Assembly (NCBI RefSeq): GCF_006345805.1
Contig: NC_043013.1
Coordinates: 7,006,001 to 7,070,000 of the forward strand
DNA length: 64,000 nt
Direction of reading: 5' to 3'
Origin: Octopus sinensis
Taxonomy: Eukaryota
Of this stretch, positions 51,366 through 62,562 are shown in pieces. The notes under the pieces were generated by a model. The model was not told the DNA's origin, did not search any database, and saw only the letters and a program-made list of their open reading frames with translations. The translations under genes and the position numbers were made by a program. Numbering within the stretch: the stretch's first letter is position 1; each line of letters opens with the position of its first letter.

Positions 51366-51642
51366 GCAGCGGCTTCGGTTTCAGGGGACGACAGCTCTTC
51401 AATATCCTTCTAAAATGCCTGCATGGTGTGGATGTAGGTTTCTTTAAAACTAAACTCGATCTATTCTTGTCAGGGGTTCCAAATGAACCTACCTCTCGAC
51501 AGGAAAAACAGATGCGGACAGCGGCGTCGAACTCCCTTGTTGACCAAGTGCCACATATCAGAGGGGGTAGCACAATCAACGGTGGTGTCCCAGCATGACC
51601 GCAGTTTTCGGGCTGAAACATTTTTAAGGATTTAAGGATTTA
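51366..51642 (+). mobile_element. 3' end of a CR1/L2-group LINE inserted beside a SINE B fragment
   Basis: FGFRGRQLFNILLKCL..VDVGFFKTKLDLFLSGVPNEP...AASNSLVDQV, then a 3'UTR ending ctgaaaca and (TTTAAGGA) repeats. Confidence 0.7.
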
Positions 51643-51676
51643 TTATATATATATATGAATATATCACATATATAGT

Positions 51677-51945
51677 GGAGGCGCGTGGCTTAGTGGTTAG
51701 GGTATCAGCACCATGATCGTAAGATTGTGGCTTCGATTCCTGGACCAGGCGACGCGTTGTGTTCCTGAACAAAACACTTCATTTCACGTTGCTCCAGTCC
51801 ACTCAGCTGGCAAAAGGGAGTAACGCTGCGGTGGAATGGCGTCCCGTCCACTGGAGAACACATACGCCATAGAAACCGGGAAACCGGACCCATGAGCCCA
51901 TGAGCCTGGCTAGTCTTTAAAAAGGGCACATTTATTTATTTATTT
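51677..51945 (+). mobile_element. tRNA-SINE with CORE-like and V-domain-like segments
   Basis: Head ggaggcgcgtggcttagtggttagg..ttcgattcc; ttgtgttcctgaacaaaacacttcatttcacgttgctccagtccactcagctg; ctgcggtggaatggcgtcccgtcca (V-SINE-like); gaaaccgggaaaccgg; (ATTT)n tail. Confidence 0.7.
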
Positions 51946-51995
51946 ATTTATATCACATATATATTATATATATATATATAAAAATATATAAATAT

Positions 51996-52026
<31 letters not shown>

Positions 52027-52660
52027 ATTTGTAGTGTAGTATACGGATTCGGGGAATTGTGTTACAATCACGGAAAGCTCCTCTCCTGGACACGGCTGTA
52101 TTAAAGTCTATTGAAACACTATGCATTTGAAGACTATCTGACCTTTTAACCCAATTCGAATCGTTTCAAAACTATCCCTTAGTTTCATTTTCATATCTCC
52201 AGCTTCCAGCTTCCAGCTCCCCGCCGAATTTATCTATATCATATATTATTTTAGTGTTTATATGTATTTTTAAACATTCACAAAATACATTTTTTTTTTC
52301 TATTTAATCTAACTAGTCTACTTCCTCTCCTATCCCTTTCCTGTCATTCGTTTACAGTAAGGATGGTCATCTCCCTAAACTTAGATCCAGTAGCTTAATT
52401 GATGACAAACAAATGTATTCATTTAGAAGATTTTAATAAGAGATAAAAGCAATAGCTATAGTGAGAAGTAATGTGTATTGCCACATCGGAATGACTGTTT
52501 GACGTCACTACCGTTTAATGCCAGGCAGAGCCAGCACCAGCTGGTTATCGGTGTAATCTGCACCTGGTATATGTTTCAAGTAAGGGAGCGAACCCCTAGC
52601 ACCTTCTGGCAGACGAAGGGATCTCCAGACCGAACGGTTTCGGGGCTATTTGTACCCATC

Positions 52661-52771
<111 letters not shown>

Positions 52772-52877
52772 ATATATATATATAGTTAATCCAAACAAGA
52801 AAACACAAAAAAACACAACAACAACGCGAGGACGTGGAACAAATATAGTATTATTGGACGCTCAGGAAAGAAGGAGG

Positions 52878-52912
52878 GTTTAATGTTTCGAGCGGAGCTC
52901 TTCGTCGGAAAC
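52878..52912 (-). ncRNA. Variant minimal hammerhead-like motif (CCGACGA core) in a Penelope-type terminal repeat
   Basis: GUUU-CCGACGA-A-GAG-CUCCG-CUC-GAAA-C-AUU-AAAC; stem I GUUU/AAAC, stem II GAG/CUC. Confidence 0.4.
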
Positions 52913-52975
52913 ATAGGAGAAGGAAAGATCCAGAGAAGGGAAGACAGAGGAAAAAATCGCCAACGGTACACACGA

Positions 52976-53033
<58 letters not shown>

Positions 53034-53112
53034 ATAAATATTAGGGAATAAATCCAAATTTACAGGGAAAAAATCAGATTTAGGATTAAATCCAATTTTA
53101 TAGTAAAATATT

Positions 53113-53479
53113 ATATAATATTAATTCGAGACAAAACCACTATTTTGCAAAACAAACAAGGAAAGACTTAATCAATACATAAAATTTTCTTTTTATATAA
53201 AGAAATAAACCGCCACTACAATCGTTTCATGTCTTCAATGACATTCGTCAGGTGGATTTTCGATCTCCTAATCTGTTTTAATTTATGAAGTTCATGACTT
53301 TATGAAGTTTATGACTTCATAAATTAAAACAGATTAGGAGATCGAAAATCCACCTGACGAATGTCATTGAAGACATGAAACGATTGTAGTGACGGTTTAT
53401 TTCTTTATATAAAAAAAATTTTTATGTATTGATTAAGTCTTTCCTTGTTTGTTTTGCAAAATAGTGGTTTTGTCTCGAA

Positions 53480-53492
<13 letters not shown>
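53113..53492. repeat. Foldback palindrome (~178-bp arms) carrying a hammerhead-like motif in each arm
   Basis: 53113-53291 is the reverse complement of 53314-53492. Motif CCAC-CUGACGA-AUGUC-AUUGAA-GACAU-GAAA-CGAUU-GUAG at 53350-53389 (+) and 53216-53255 (-). Confidence 0.88.
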
Positions 53493-53521
<29 letters not shown>

Positions 53522-53529
53522 GCTTGGTA

Positions 53530-54470
53530 TGTCATGGGAACCTTAAAAGTGAACGAAGCTGTAGATCCAACACGGTTTAAGAAAGACCAGAGAGAGCAGA
53601 TGAAGAAAATTTGGCAGGACAAGAAAATGCACAGTCAGTTCTTGAAGAGTAAAGATGAGATTGATTGGAATAGAACCTGGCAATGGCTACAGAAAGAAGA
53701 CTTAAAAGGGCCCACTGATGCATTAGTGTGCAGCGTTTATGAACTAGCTCTCAGAACAAACTACTCCAAATATCACATTGATAAAAGCACTGACTCACCA
53801 CCGTGTATGATGTACTTTGAGAAGGGAGAAAGTATAAGCCATATTGTTAGTGTGTGCCGTAAGCTCACACAACGCGAATACATGAGGATACACGACAATG
53901 TAGCCAGATATGTCCATTGGCTGTTGTGCGGTAAAGCAAACCTCGAGAAAGCCGAACAATGATATGAACAGAAGCCAGAAGGAGTAAGGGAAAACGAAAT
54001 ACTCTGGGATTTTAACATACAGTGCAACCAAGTCATAGAAGCAAGAAGGCCAGATATCGTGATCATCCATGAAGATGAAAAAGAAGCAAAGATAATAGAT
54101 GTTGCAATACCAGGTGATTCGAGGGTGAAATGTAAGGAGGCAGAAAAGAGTGAGAAATACCAGCCACTGCGGGAGAAGATGGGGAAGTTATGGGGCATGA
54201 GGAAAATAATGGTAATACCGGTGGTAATTGAAGCGTTGCGAATAGTTTCCAAAAGCTTTGAAAAACATATTAAAAATATTGGAGTTACTGTCAGGCTCGA
54301 AGTGATCCAGAAGACAGCATTGTTGGGTACAGCTCGCATTCTAAGGAGAGTATTGTCTCTTTGAGTCACAGGAGAAGGCACTACTTGAAACCTTTGGTGA
54401 TTTTTTTTTATTGCCTGTTTTCAAGTAAAGGGCAACCGGGAATTATAAACTATCCGAGTCTCTCTCAGAG
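53530..54470 (+). mobile_element. 5'-truncated R4/Dong-type (RLE) non-LTR retrotransposon
   Basis: KKMHSQF..W.WL...LKGPTDAL...ELALRTNY; zinc-knuckle remnant C..Y....ESISHIVSVC; HDNVARYVHW; LWDFNIQC...ARRPDIVI..IIDVAIPGD (PD-(D/E)xK); KTALLGTARILRRVL. One internal stop; (AAT)n tail. Confidence 0.9.
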
Positions 54471-54472
54471 GA

Positions 54473-54555
<83 letters not shown>

Positions 54556-54557
<2 letters not shown>

Positions 54558-54893
54558 CGTGTCTCTAAAAGAAATGGAGAAACTCTCAAAATACAAAGAC
54601 CTGGAAATAGAGGTAACTAGAATGTGGAACCTGAAAACAGAAACAATTCCTATCATAGTAGGTGCATTAGGCATGATAAAAAAATATTCAGACAAACATA
54701 ACAAAAACACCAGGACTTACAAACACATATAACATACAGAAAATTGCACCTACTAGGCACTGCACACATCCTACGCAGAACACTTTCCATACAATAACCA
54801 TCAGAGCATCACAACAAACAGCACAGCACATACCCAAGGCACACAGAGCTGCGCTCGGTAGTGAAGTGAAAGCACGCTATAAAAATAAAACTA

Positions 54894-54898
<5 letters not shown>
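54556..54898 (+). mobile_element. R4/Dong-type element family alpha, 3' fragment between (AAT)n tracts
   Basis: KEMEKLSKYKDLEIEVTRMWNLKTETIPIIVGALGMI...LLGTAHILRRTLSIQ. Confidence 0.85.
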
Positions 54899-54962
<64 letters not shown>

Positions 54963-55128
54963 TTGGACAAATAAGTATCAATCGATCAGTGTGTTTAAAT
55001 TATGAGTAGAACACCGGCACAATTTAGGCAACCTGTTGTCATCTGCAGTCATGGTACACTTCTGATGGATCTACTTCGGGATCTCCGCTGTGGCAGTTAG
55101 GGTAATAATATTAATTTACAGGAGATGG

Positions 55129-55171
55129 GTACAACATGTTTCGAAACATCAGTCTGGATCTCATCAGGTAC
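55129..55171 (-). ncRNA. Degenerate minimal hammerhead-like motif
   Basis: GUAC-CUGAUGA-GA(14 nt)UC-GAAA-CAUGUU-GUAC; stem I GUAC/GUAC, palindromic ACAUGU, weak stem II. Confidence 0.4.
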
Positions 55172-55466
55172 ATCGATGAAGATATGTCTCACTACAGATT
55201 TTGAGTGTCGGCTGACTTGTTATATGTCCATCAAGTTAGGGAATGAATAAAAGCAAGTAATATTACAGAAACGCAAAAACTTCAAATATGAAATGTGGAA
55301 GTCTTGCTCTCCTGTTTAGATAAAATGACCTAATCAGCTTTCGTTGCCATAGCTGCTTAGAAGAAAAGGCAGTAGGAGAAAAAGAAACTAATTCTTAGTC
55401 AAGAAGTTTTATGTTCATACATATACATACAGACAGATAAACAGATAGACACACAATATATATATA

Positions 55467-55508
<42 letters not shown>

Positions 55509-55719
55509 CATATATATTATATATATATATATATTATATATATATATATATATATGCATATATATATATATGCATATATATATAAATATAATATATATAT
55601 ATATATATTATATATATATTATATTATATATATATAATATATATATATATATATGCATATATATATATGTATATATATATGTATGTATATATATATATAC
55701 ATTCATATATATTCATGCA

Positions 55720-55879
55720 GGTGCAGGCGTGGCTCTGTGGTAAGAAGCTTACTTCTCAACCGCATGCTTCCGGGTTCAGTCCCACTGTGGCACCTTGGGC
55801 AAGTGTCTTCTGCTATAGCTTCGGACCGACCAGAGGCTTGTGAGCGGATTTGGTAGACGGAAACTGGAAGAAGCCCGTC

Positions 55880-55920
<41 letters not shown>

Positions 55921-56121
55921 AGTGTGCCTGTGTGTGTATCTGTGTTTGTCCCCTCACCATCGCTTGACAACCGATGTTGGTGTGTTTACGTCCCTTGTAA
56001 CTTAGTGGTTCGGCTAAAAAGACCGTTAGAATAAATATTAGACTTACAAAGAATAAATCCTGGGTTCGATTTGTTCGACTAAAGGCGGCGCTCCAGCACG
56101 GCCGCAGTCAAATGACTGAAA
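55720..56121 (+). mobile_element. SINE family B
   Basis: As 19482. Confidence 0.85.
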
Positions 56122-56607
56122 CAAGTAAAAGAATAAAAGAATATATATATATATATTACCACTATTGCTGTTTAGAATAACACCTACGCAAATTTTATAA
56201 ACAATACATTCAAAAGAGATGTTTCATGAATTACTACTACCATCCACAGCAGGTCATTTTCGAGGCTGACCATTCAACATACAACTGTCATGGCACTCCC
56301 TCATTCTTCTTCTCCTTCTTCTTTTTCCCTACCAAGGATTCACAACGACCTCAAACCCACAAGATAAACAAGAGAGACAGAGACAGGCAGAAACAAGGAA
56401 AATGCCGCTTGTATTTGAATACTATACAAATACTCTTTTAAAAAAAAATTTTCTTTTAATTTTTCCAAATTTAATTGTTTTCCATACTTACAGTTGAAAA
56501 AGAATAAATGACTGAAACCGGTACTGAACTGTTTTTTATAAAACTATTTTAGCATTTTCTATCTTTACTTTCTTTTTCCATATATATATAATTTAAATAT
56601 ATAAATA

Positions 56608-56659
<52 letters not shown>

Positions 56660-56661
<2 letters not shown>

Positions 56662-57044
56662 GTAAAATATGGAAAATCAACGAAAATGCATATTTCAAAT
56701 AGAAAAAGGCTATTTATGACAGGTAACGACAAATATATACATTTAGATTGACTGAGGTAGTAATACGAGTCATAAAGGTCATTATTATGAGATGATAATA
56801 AGATGATAATAAAGAGAACAAAACGAACCAATGATTTACGCAAAGCTATTCATCGTTTCGTTGAAACGATGAATAGCTTTGCTTAAACCATTGGTTCGTT
56901 TTGTTCTCTTACTTTATAACAAGGACTTTTATGACTCGTATTACTACCTCAGTCAATCTAAATGTATATATTTGTCGTTACCTATCATAAATAGCCTTTT
57001 TCTATTTACAATATGCATTTTCGTTGATTTTTCATATTTTACCC
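56660..57044. repeat. Foldback palindrome, ~190-bp arms and 3-nt loop
   Basis: Centre gcaaagctattcatcgtttc-gtt-gaaacgatgaatagctttgc; arms match out to gggtaaaatatg / catattttaccc with one indel. Confidence 0.9.
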
Positions 57045-57110
57045 TTACATTTCCACGTGTATTTCATATTTTCTTTTCGTAACATATTTCTACCAAATAT
57101 ATATATATAT

Positions 57111-57180
<70 letters not shown>

Positions 57181-57317
57181 TAAAACCACTATTAGGCAAA
57201 TCATACAATGAAAAACTTAAGCCAAAACATAAGATTAATTTATATATTTTACTATAAAATTGGATTCAATCCTAAATCTATTTTTCCCTGTAAGTTTGGA
57301 TTTATTCCCTAATATTT

Positions 57318-57357
<40 letters not shown>

Positions 57358-57833
57358 GTATGTATGTATGTATGTATAATGAGTGATGAGTGAAGTGTGT
57401 GTGTGAGTGAAAAAGCAAGATTAAAAATCGTAGATTCTGACCTAACAAACTGACAATGTTTGTATAACTCACATCTTATTTTTAGGAGTATGTAGGTGTA
57501 TAATTATTCAATTGAATGTAATTCAAAGGGTATTTAACTGATATTTATAACAGGTCAAATAAACAGTGTTCTCCCCCCGCCCTCTCTCTCTCTCTCTCCC
57601 TCTGGCTTGTGTCGATTCAAGTGCAGCTCCATTACGGCATTTAGTGCCTCTGGCTCAATTTATCTTGACTCATCTTTATTTTACTCCTATAGAACTGCGG
57701 AACCGGAATCATTTTTGTTCCGACACATTTCTGGGAATTCAACTGGGTCTCTCTGAGCAATTTAGTAAATATTTGTTGGGAAATTGAAGCCGTTGTTTCA
57801 CGTGAAAAAAACACCGGTTACATACATACACAC

Positions 57834-57895
<62 letters not shown>

Positions 57896-58744
57896 GCATA
57901 CACACATAAATACATACAATTATTGTGTGTGTGTGTGTGTGTAAATAAAACAAAAAGATCCGGCTTACGTGATTTTTATACACCGGAACAAGCTATCATT
58001 GTGCCATTATTTCGTTAGAGTTGGAGATAAACACAACCTGATGTAAGATCTTTCATTGATGGCTGACTTGTTGTATAGTCAAATACCCAAGCACTGGAGG
58101 AGACAGCAAAGTGGTCTGAGTTCGAGAATGGGATTGGCTTAGTTGAAAAACATTTACTTCTCATCAACGAGTCAAAGAAATTAAGAGAGAAAAAGAGAAA
58201 GAGAGAGAGAGAGAGGAAGAGAGAAAAAGAGACAGAGGCAGGATCATTGTGTCTACTCGACCTGTTATAGATGGCAGCCAAATTCCCCTTACATGACATA
58301 CTACTGAATGATATAGTCCCACATTCACCCACTCCAAACCACACCACGGCCACCACCACCAAATAAAAGGAGGGATGGTTTGGATTTGAATGCGTTTGGT
58401 TGATCGTATTCTTTTATTTGTTTACTTACTTCAGTCAGAATGACTGAAGCCATGCAGTCAAAACTGCTAAGTTACAGGAACGTAAACACACCAACACCGG
58501 TTGGCAAACAGCAAAGGAGGTTAGTTTCCGTCTACCAAATCCACGCACAAGGCTTTCGCCCGGCCGAAGTTATAGTAGAAGACATTTGTCCAAGGTGTCA
58601 CGCAATGGGACTGAACCCGGAACCATGTGGTTGGGAAGCAAACTTCTTACCCCTCAGCCACGCCTGTCTTTCTTTATTGGCAAAAAATCTTGAAATAAAA
58701 CTAAATAATGACATACATACATACATACATACATACATACATAC

Positions 58745-59143
58745 GCGTAGGAGTGGCTGTGTGGTAAGTAGCTTGCTTACCAACCACATGGTTCCGAGTT
58801 CAGCCCCACAACATGGCATCTTGGGCAAGTGCCTTCTACTATAGCCTCAGGCTGACCAAAGCCTTGTGAGTGGATTTGTTTGACGGAAACTGAAAGAAGC
58901 CCGTCGTATATATGTATATATATATGTGTGTGTATATGTTTGTGTGTCTATGTTTGTTCCCCCAACATCGCTTGACAACCGATGCTGGTGTGTTTACGTC
59001 CCCGTAAACTAGCGGTTCGGCAAAAGAGACCGATAGAATAAGTACTAGGCTTACAAAGAATAAGTCCTGGGGTCGATTTTCTCGACTAAAGGTGGTGCTC
59101 CAGCATGGCCACAGTCAAATGACTGAAATAAGTAAAAGAGTAA
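58745..59143 (+). mobile_element. SINE family B (an inverted degenerate copy lies at 58400-58665)
   Basis: As 19482. Confidence 0.85.
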
Positions 59144-60190
59144 ACATGCATAGAAAGCACCGTGAGGATAGTAATCACCGATCTTCAAAGCAGTTTATCA
59201 TGGACCAATAGCCGGACTGCTACCTCCCAATTTGAAGGGTATGCGTTTGCAATCCAGGAACAGGAAATATCAACCAAGTACTTGATGCACAAAAGGATAG
59301 AGATGCAGGTAAAGCCGAAAAGCGTGACAACCGATGCAGACTTTGTCGAGTTCGCATTGAAGGTATCACCCACATCATAAACAGTTGTCCGAAAATATCA
59401 TCACGGTATTATCTACCGATGAGATGTGAAGTTGTAGCTAGGACACTGTATAATGAAATCCGTCGGAAGGATAATCCCGAGAACGAAGACATAAGAACCC
59501 ATAATATGTTTGAAGCCAGAGTCACTCATGATAAAAAGGAATACTGGTGAAATGTACCAGTGAAGACCTCAATAAATAAGCACAACAGACCCGATATAAT
59601 GATCTGGGATAGAGAAGAGAAACTGTGCTCAGTCGTGGAAATTAGCTGCCCAGCGGATGTTAACATAAACCTGAAGATCAGTGAAAAAAAGAAAACCTAT
59701 GCTAAACTATTGAAAATCTGCAGTTACTCTATCCAGATTAGAAGTTCAGGATTATACCTATGATTATTGGGGGCCCCGGTTATGTAACACTGCCTAAATA
59801 TCAATCTTGAGAAATTATGCTTCTGAAAACCAGAAAGGAGAAAGCTAATCCGAAGACTATAGATCCAGTCCATCACTGGAACTGTAAAAATCTATAAAAC
59901 TTTCCAGAAGTTTGTCATTTAAATATATATGAGCATGTCTAGATATGTAACTATATGCATGAGAATCCATACATAAAACATACACAGCTGCACATACATA
60001 CATAAATACATACATACATACATACATACATACATACATACATACATACATACACACACATATACATACATACATACATACAAAAATACCTTGTTGTTGA
60101 TGTTGAAATTTCAATGAAGGAGCTGTGGATCTAGGTTAGAAAACGGTTCTTTCTCTTTTGGCAAGAAATTTTGCAATAAACTGAATAATG
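59144..60190 (+). mobile_element. 5'-truncated R4/Dong-type RLE retrotransposon, family beta
   Basis: SQFEGYAFAIQEQEISTKY; CRLCRVRIEGITHIINSC; HNRPDIMIWDREEKLCSVVEISCPAD. The 3'UTR matches 163-470. Confidence 0.85.
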
Positions 60191-60303
60191 ACACAAACAT
60201 TCATTCAACTGCCCGACAAACGGGGAATATGAGTAGCAGTTTTGGTGATGTTTTTGCAGCTTTGATAATTAAAACATACATACGTATGAATACATGAGCA
60301 CAC

Positions 60304-60366
<63 letters not shown>

Positions 60367-60442
60367 CATACCTCTCTCCGGAAGAAATCGACTTTGCGGG
60401 ATCGACTCCGCCAGCTTTAGCAACTCAAAACATGACATATGC

Positions 60443-60735
60443 AGCGGCGCTGGTGGCGGCGCTGGTGGTGGCGCTGGTGGCGGCGCTGGTGGCGGCGTTG
60501 GTGGCGGCGTTGGTGGCGGCGTTGGTGGCGGCGTTGGTGGCGGCACTGGTGGCGGCGTTGGTGGTGGCACTGGTGGTGGCACTGGTGGCGGCGTTGGTGG
60601 TGGCGCTGGTGGCGGCGTTGGTGGCGGCGTTGGTGGCGGCGTTGGTGGCGGCGCTGGTGGCGGCGCTGGTGGCGGCGCTGGTGGTGGCGCTGGTGGCGGC
60701 GTTGGTGGCGGCGTTGGTGGTGGCGGCGTTGGCGG
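60443..60735. repeat. GC-rich 12-bp minisatellite (GGCGGCGYTGGT)n
   Basis: About 24 units with GCT/GTT/ACT variants. Confidence 0.95.
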
Positions 60736-61183
60736 CAACGACACTACCACTGTGAAAAGTTGGTGCATCTTTGCAATAGAAAAAAGGGAGAATGCATACT
60801 CTGTATCAACGTTTCAAGCAAAAACGGACAAGCTTCCGTCAATGGTAATACACTGATTTAAGGTTCATAGTGACACTTGTTAATTCATTAGTAACAAATC
60901 TAGTCCATATATGTCCTGATTTGCATAACTATGAAGAAACAAGCGAAACTCTCTGCCATGATCGCTAAAGTACTACTATTCTTAATGATTAGTGTGATAC
61001 GTCCTCGGCGTTACTGCAATGCAAGATTTCGCTTCGACCATACGACTCAAAGAGATATTTGCTGGATACTATACGGCAGTTTAAACCTGCCTATCTTTTC
61101 GTCGTTCTGCAATGAATTTGGACAAACAAGTGCGTACATACTCTTCTGGCATATAAAGGGAAGACTTTATAGATGCACTTTAA

Positions 61184-61600
61184 GGCGTCGAACTGGCAGA
61201 AACGTTAGCACGCCGGGCGAAATGCTTTGCGGTATTTCGTCCGCCGCTGCGTTCTGAGTTCAAATTCCGTCGAGGTCGACTTTGCCTTTCATCTTTTCGA
61301 GGTTGATAAATTAAGTACCAGTTACGCACTGGGGTCGATGTAATCGACTTAATCCGTTTGTCTGTCCTTGTTTGTCCTCTCTGTGTTTAGCCTCTTTTGG
61401 GTAGTAAAGAAATAGGTATTTCGTCCGCCGCTGCGTTCTAAGTTCAAATTCCGCCGAGGTCGACTTTGCTTTTCATCCTTTCGGGGTCGATAAATTAAGT
61501 ACCAGTTACGCACTGGGGTCGATATAATCGACTTAATCCGTTTGTCTGTCCTTGTTTGTCCCCTCTGTGTTTAGCCCCTTTTGAGTAGTAAAGAAATATA
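61184..61600 (+). mobile_element. SINE A1 dimer
   Basis: Junction aaagaaata|ggtatttcg at 61414/61415. Confidence 0.85.
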
Positions 61601-62274
61601 TATAGATGCACATAGTGACAATGCCTTGTAAAACAATTGAGTGACTATATCGAGGTGAAGGTGAAAAAATCAAAATTGTTTCAGTGAGGATCAATATGAA
61701 TTTATTGATCTGATGACTTATCTCATCTTGTACGTGTATAATATCGACAGGACATCAGTCTCTAAAATAATAGCTTATCTTACAAACCTGTAAAAAGACA
61801 AACAGAATATGTGAGACGTGAAACATTAGCGGTTTATGGAAGAATCTTGAAAGCTAATGCGAACAACCACAATAAAAGTGACTTGCATACATGGGCTTAT
61901 ATATATATATGTTGTAGTGAAAATGGTAATCCCCTTTCCACGCAACAAAGTGGTATGACTCAGCCACTATAAAGTCAAACTGTCAGTCGTTGTAGGAAAG
62001 CCAGTAGTAGTAGAGTCGTTGTACGAGTTCTCAGTGGGAATCAATGTCAGGGACGTGATATATACGAGTTCGAGTTACCGTCAAAGTAGACGCTTCAAAC
62101 TCATTGCCTTGTGAAGCTGTCAGCGATAGCACAATAGACGAGTCAAAGATAATAAGATGAGGAATACCTTCACAACGTAATAGTGGTGACCAGAATATTA
62201 CAGTGCCGACAATAACATACAAGTGGAGGAGGATCCACATTATAACAATATGCTTTTCTTTATCTTTAATGAAG

Positions 62275-62340
62275 CTATCTATCTCTCTATCTATCATTAT
62301 ATCCATCTATCTATCTATCTATCTATCTATCATTCTATCC

Positions 62341-62388
<48 letters not shown>

Positions 62389-62545
62389 GCCTATCTGTCT
62401 ATCCATCTATCTCTTTTCTCCTCTCTCTCCCTCTCTCCTCTTCTCTTCTCCCTCTCTCTCCTCTCCTCTTCTCCTCTCCTCTTCTCCTCTCTCTCTTCTC
62501 CTCTCTCTCTCATTCATTTACCCTCTCTCTCTCTCTCTCTCTCTC
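62275..62545. repeat. (ATCT)n and CT-rich low-complexity tract
   Basis: Direct. Confidence 0.95.
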
Positions 62546-62562
62546 GCAGATGAGGAATGATG

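Noticed and set aside
53773-54381. 202-aa minus-strand ORF
   Set aside because: Antisense shadow of the R4/Dong-type retrotransposon ORF.
60205-60861. Pro-rich, ALV-repeat and RRWW-repeat ORFs as genes
   Set aside because: All derive from one 12-bp minisatellite flanked by (CA)n, with no supporting gene structure.
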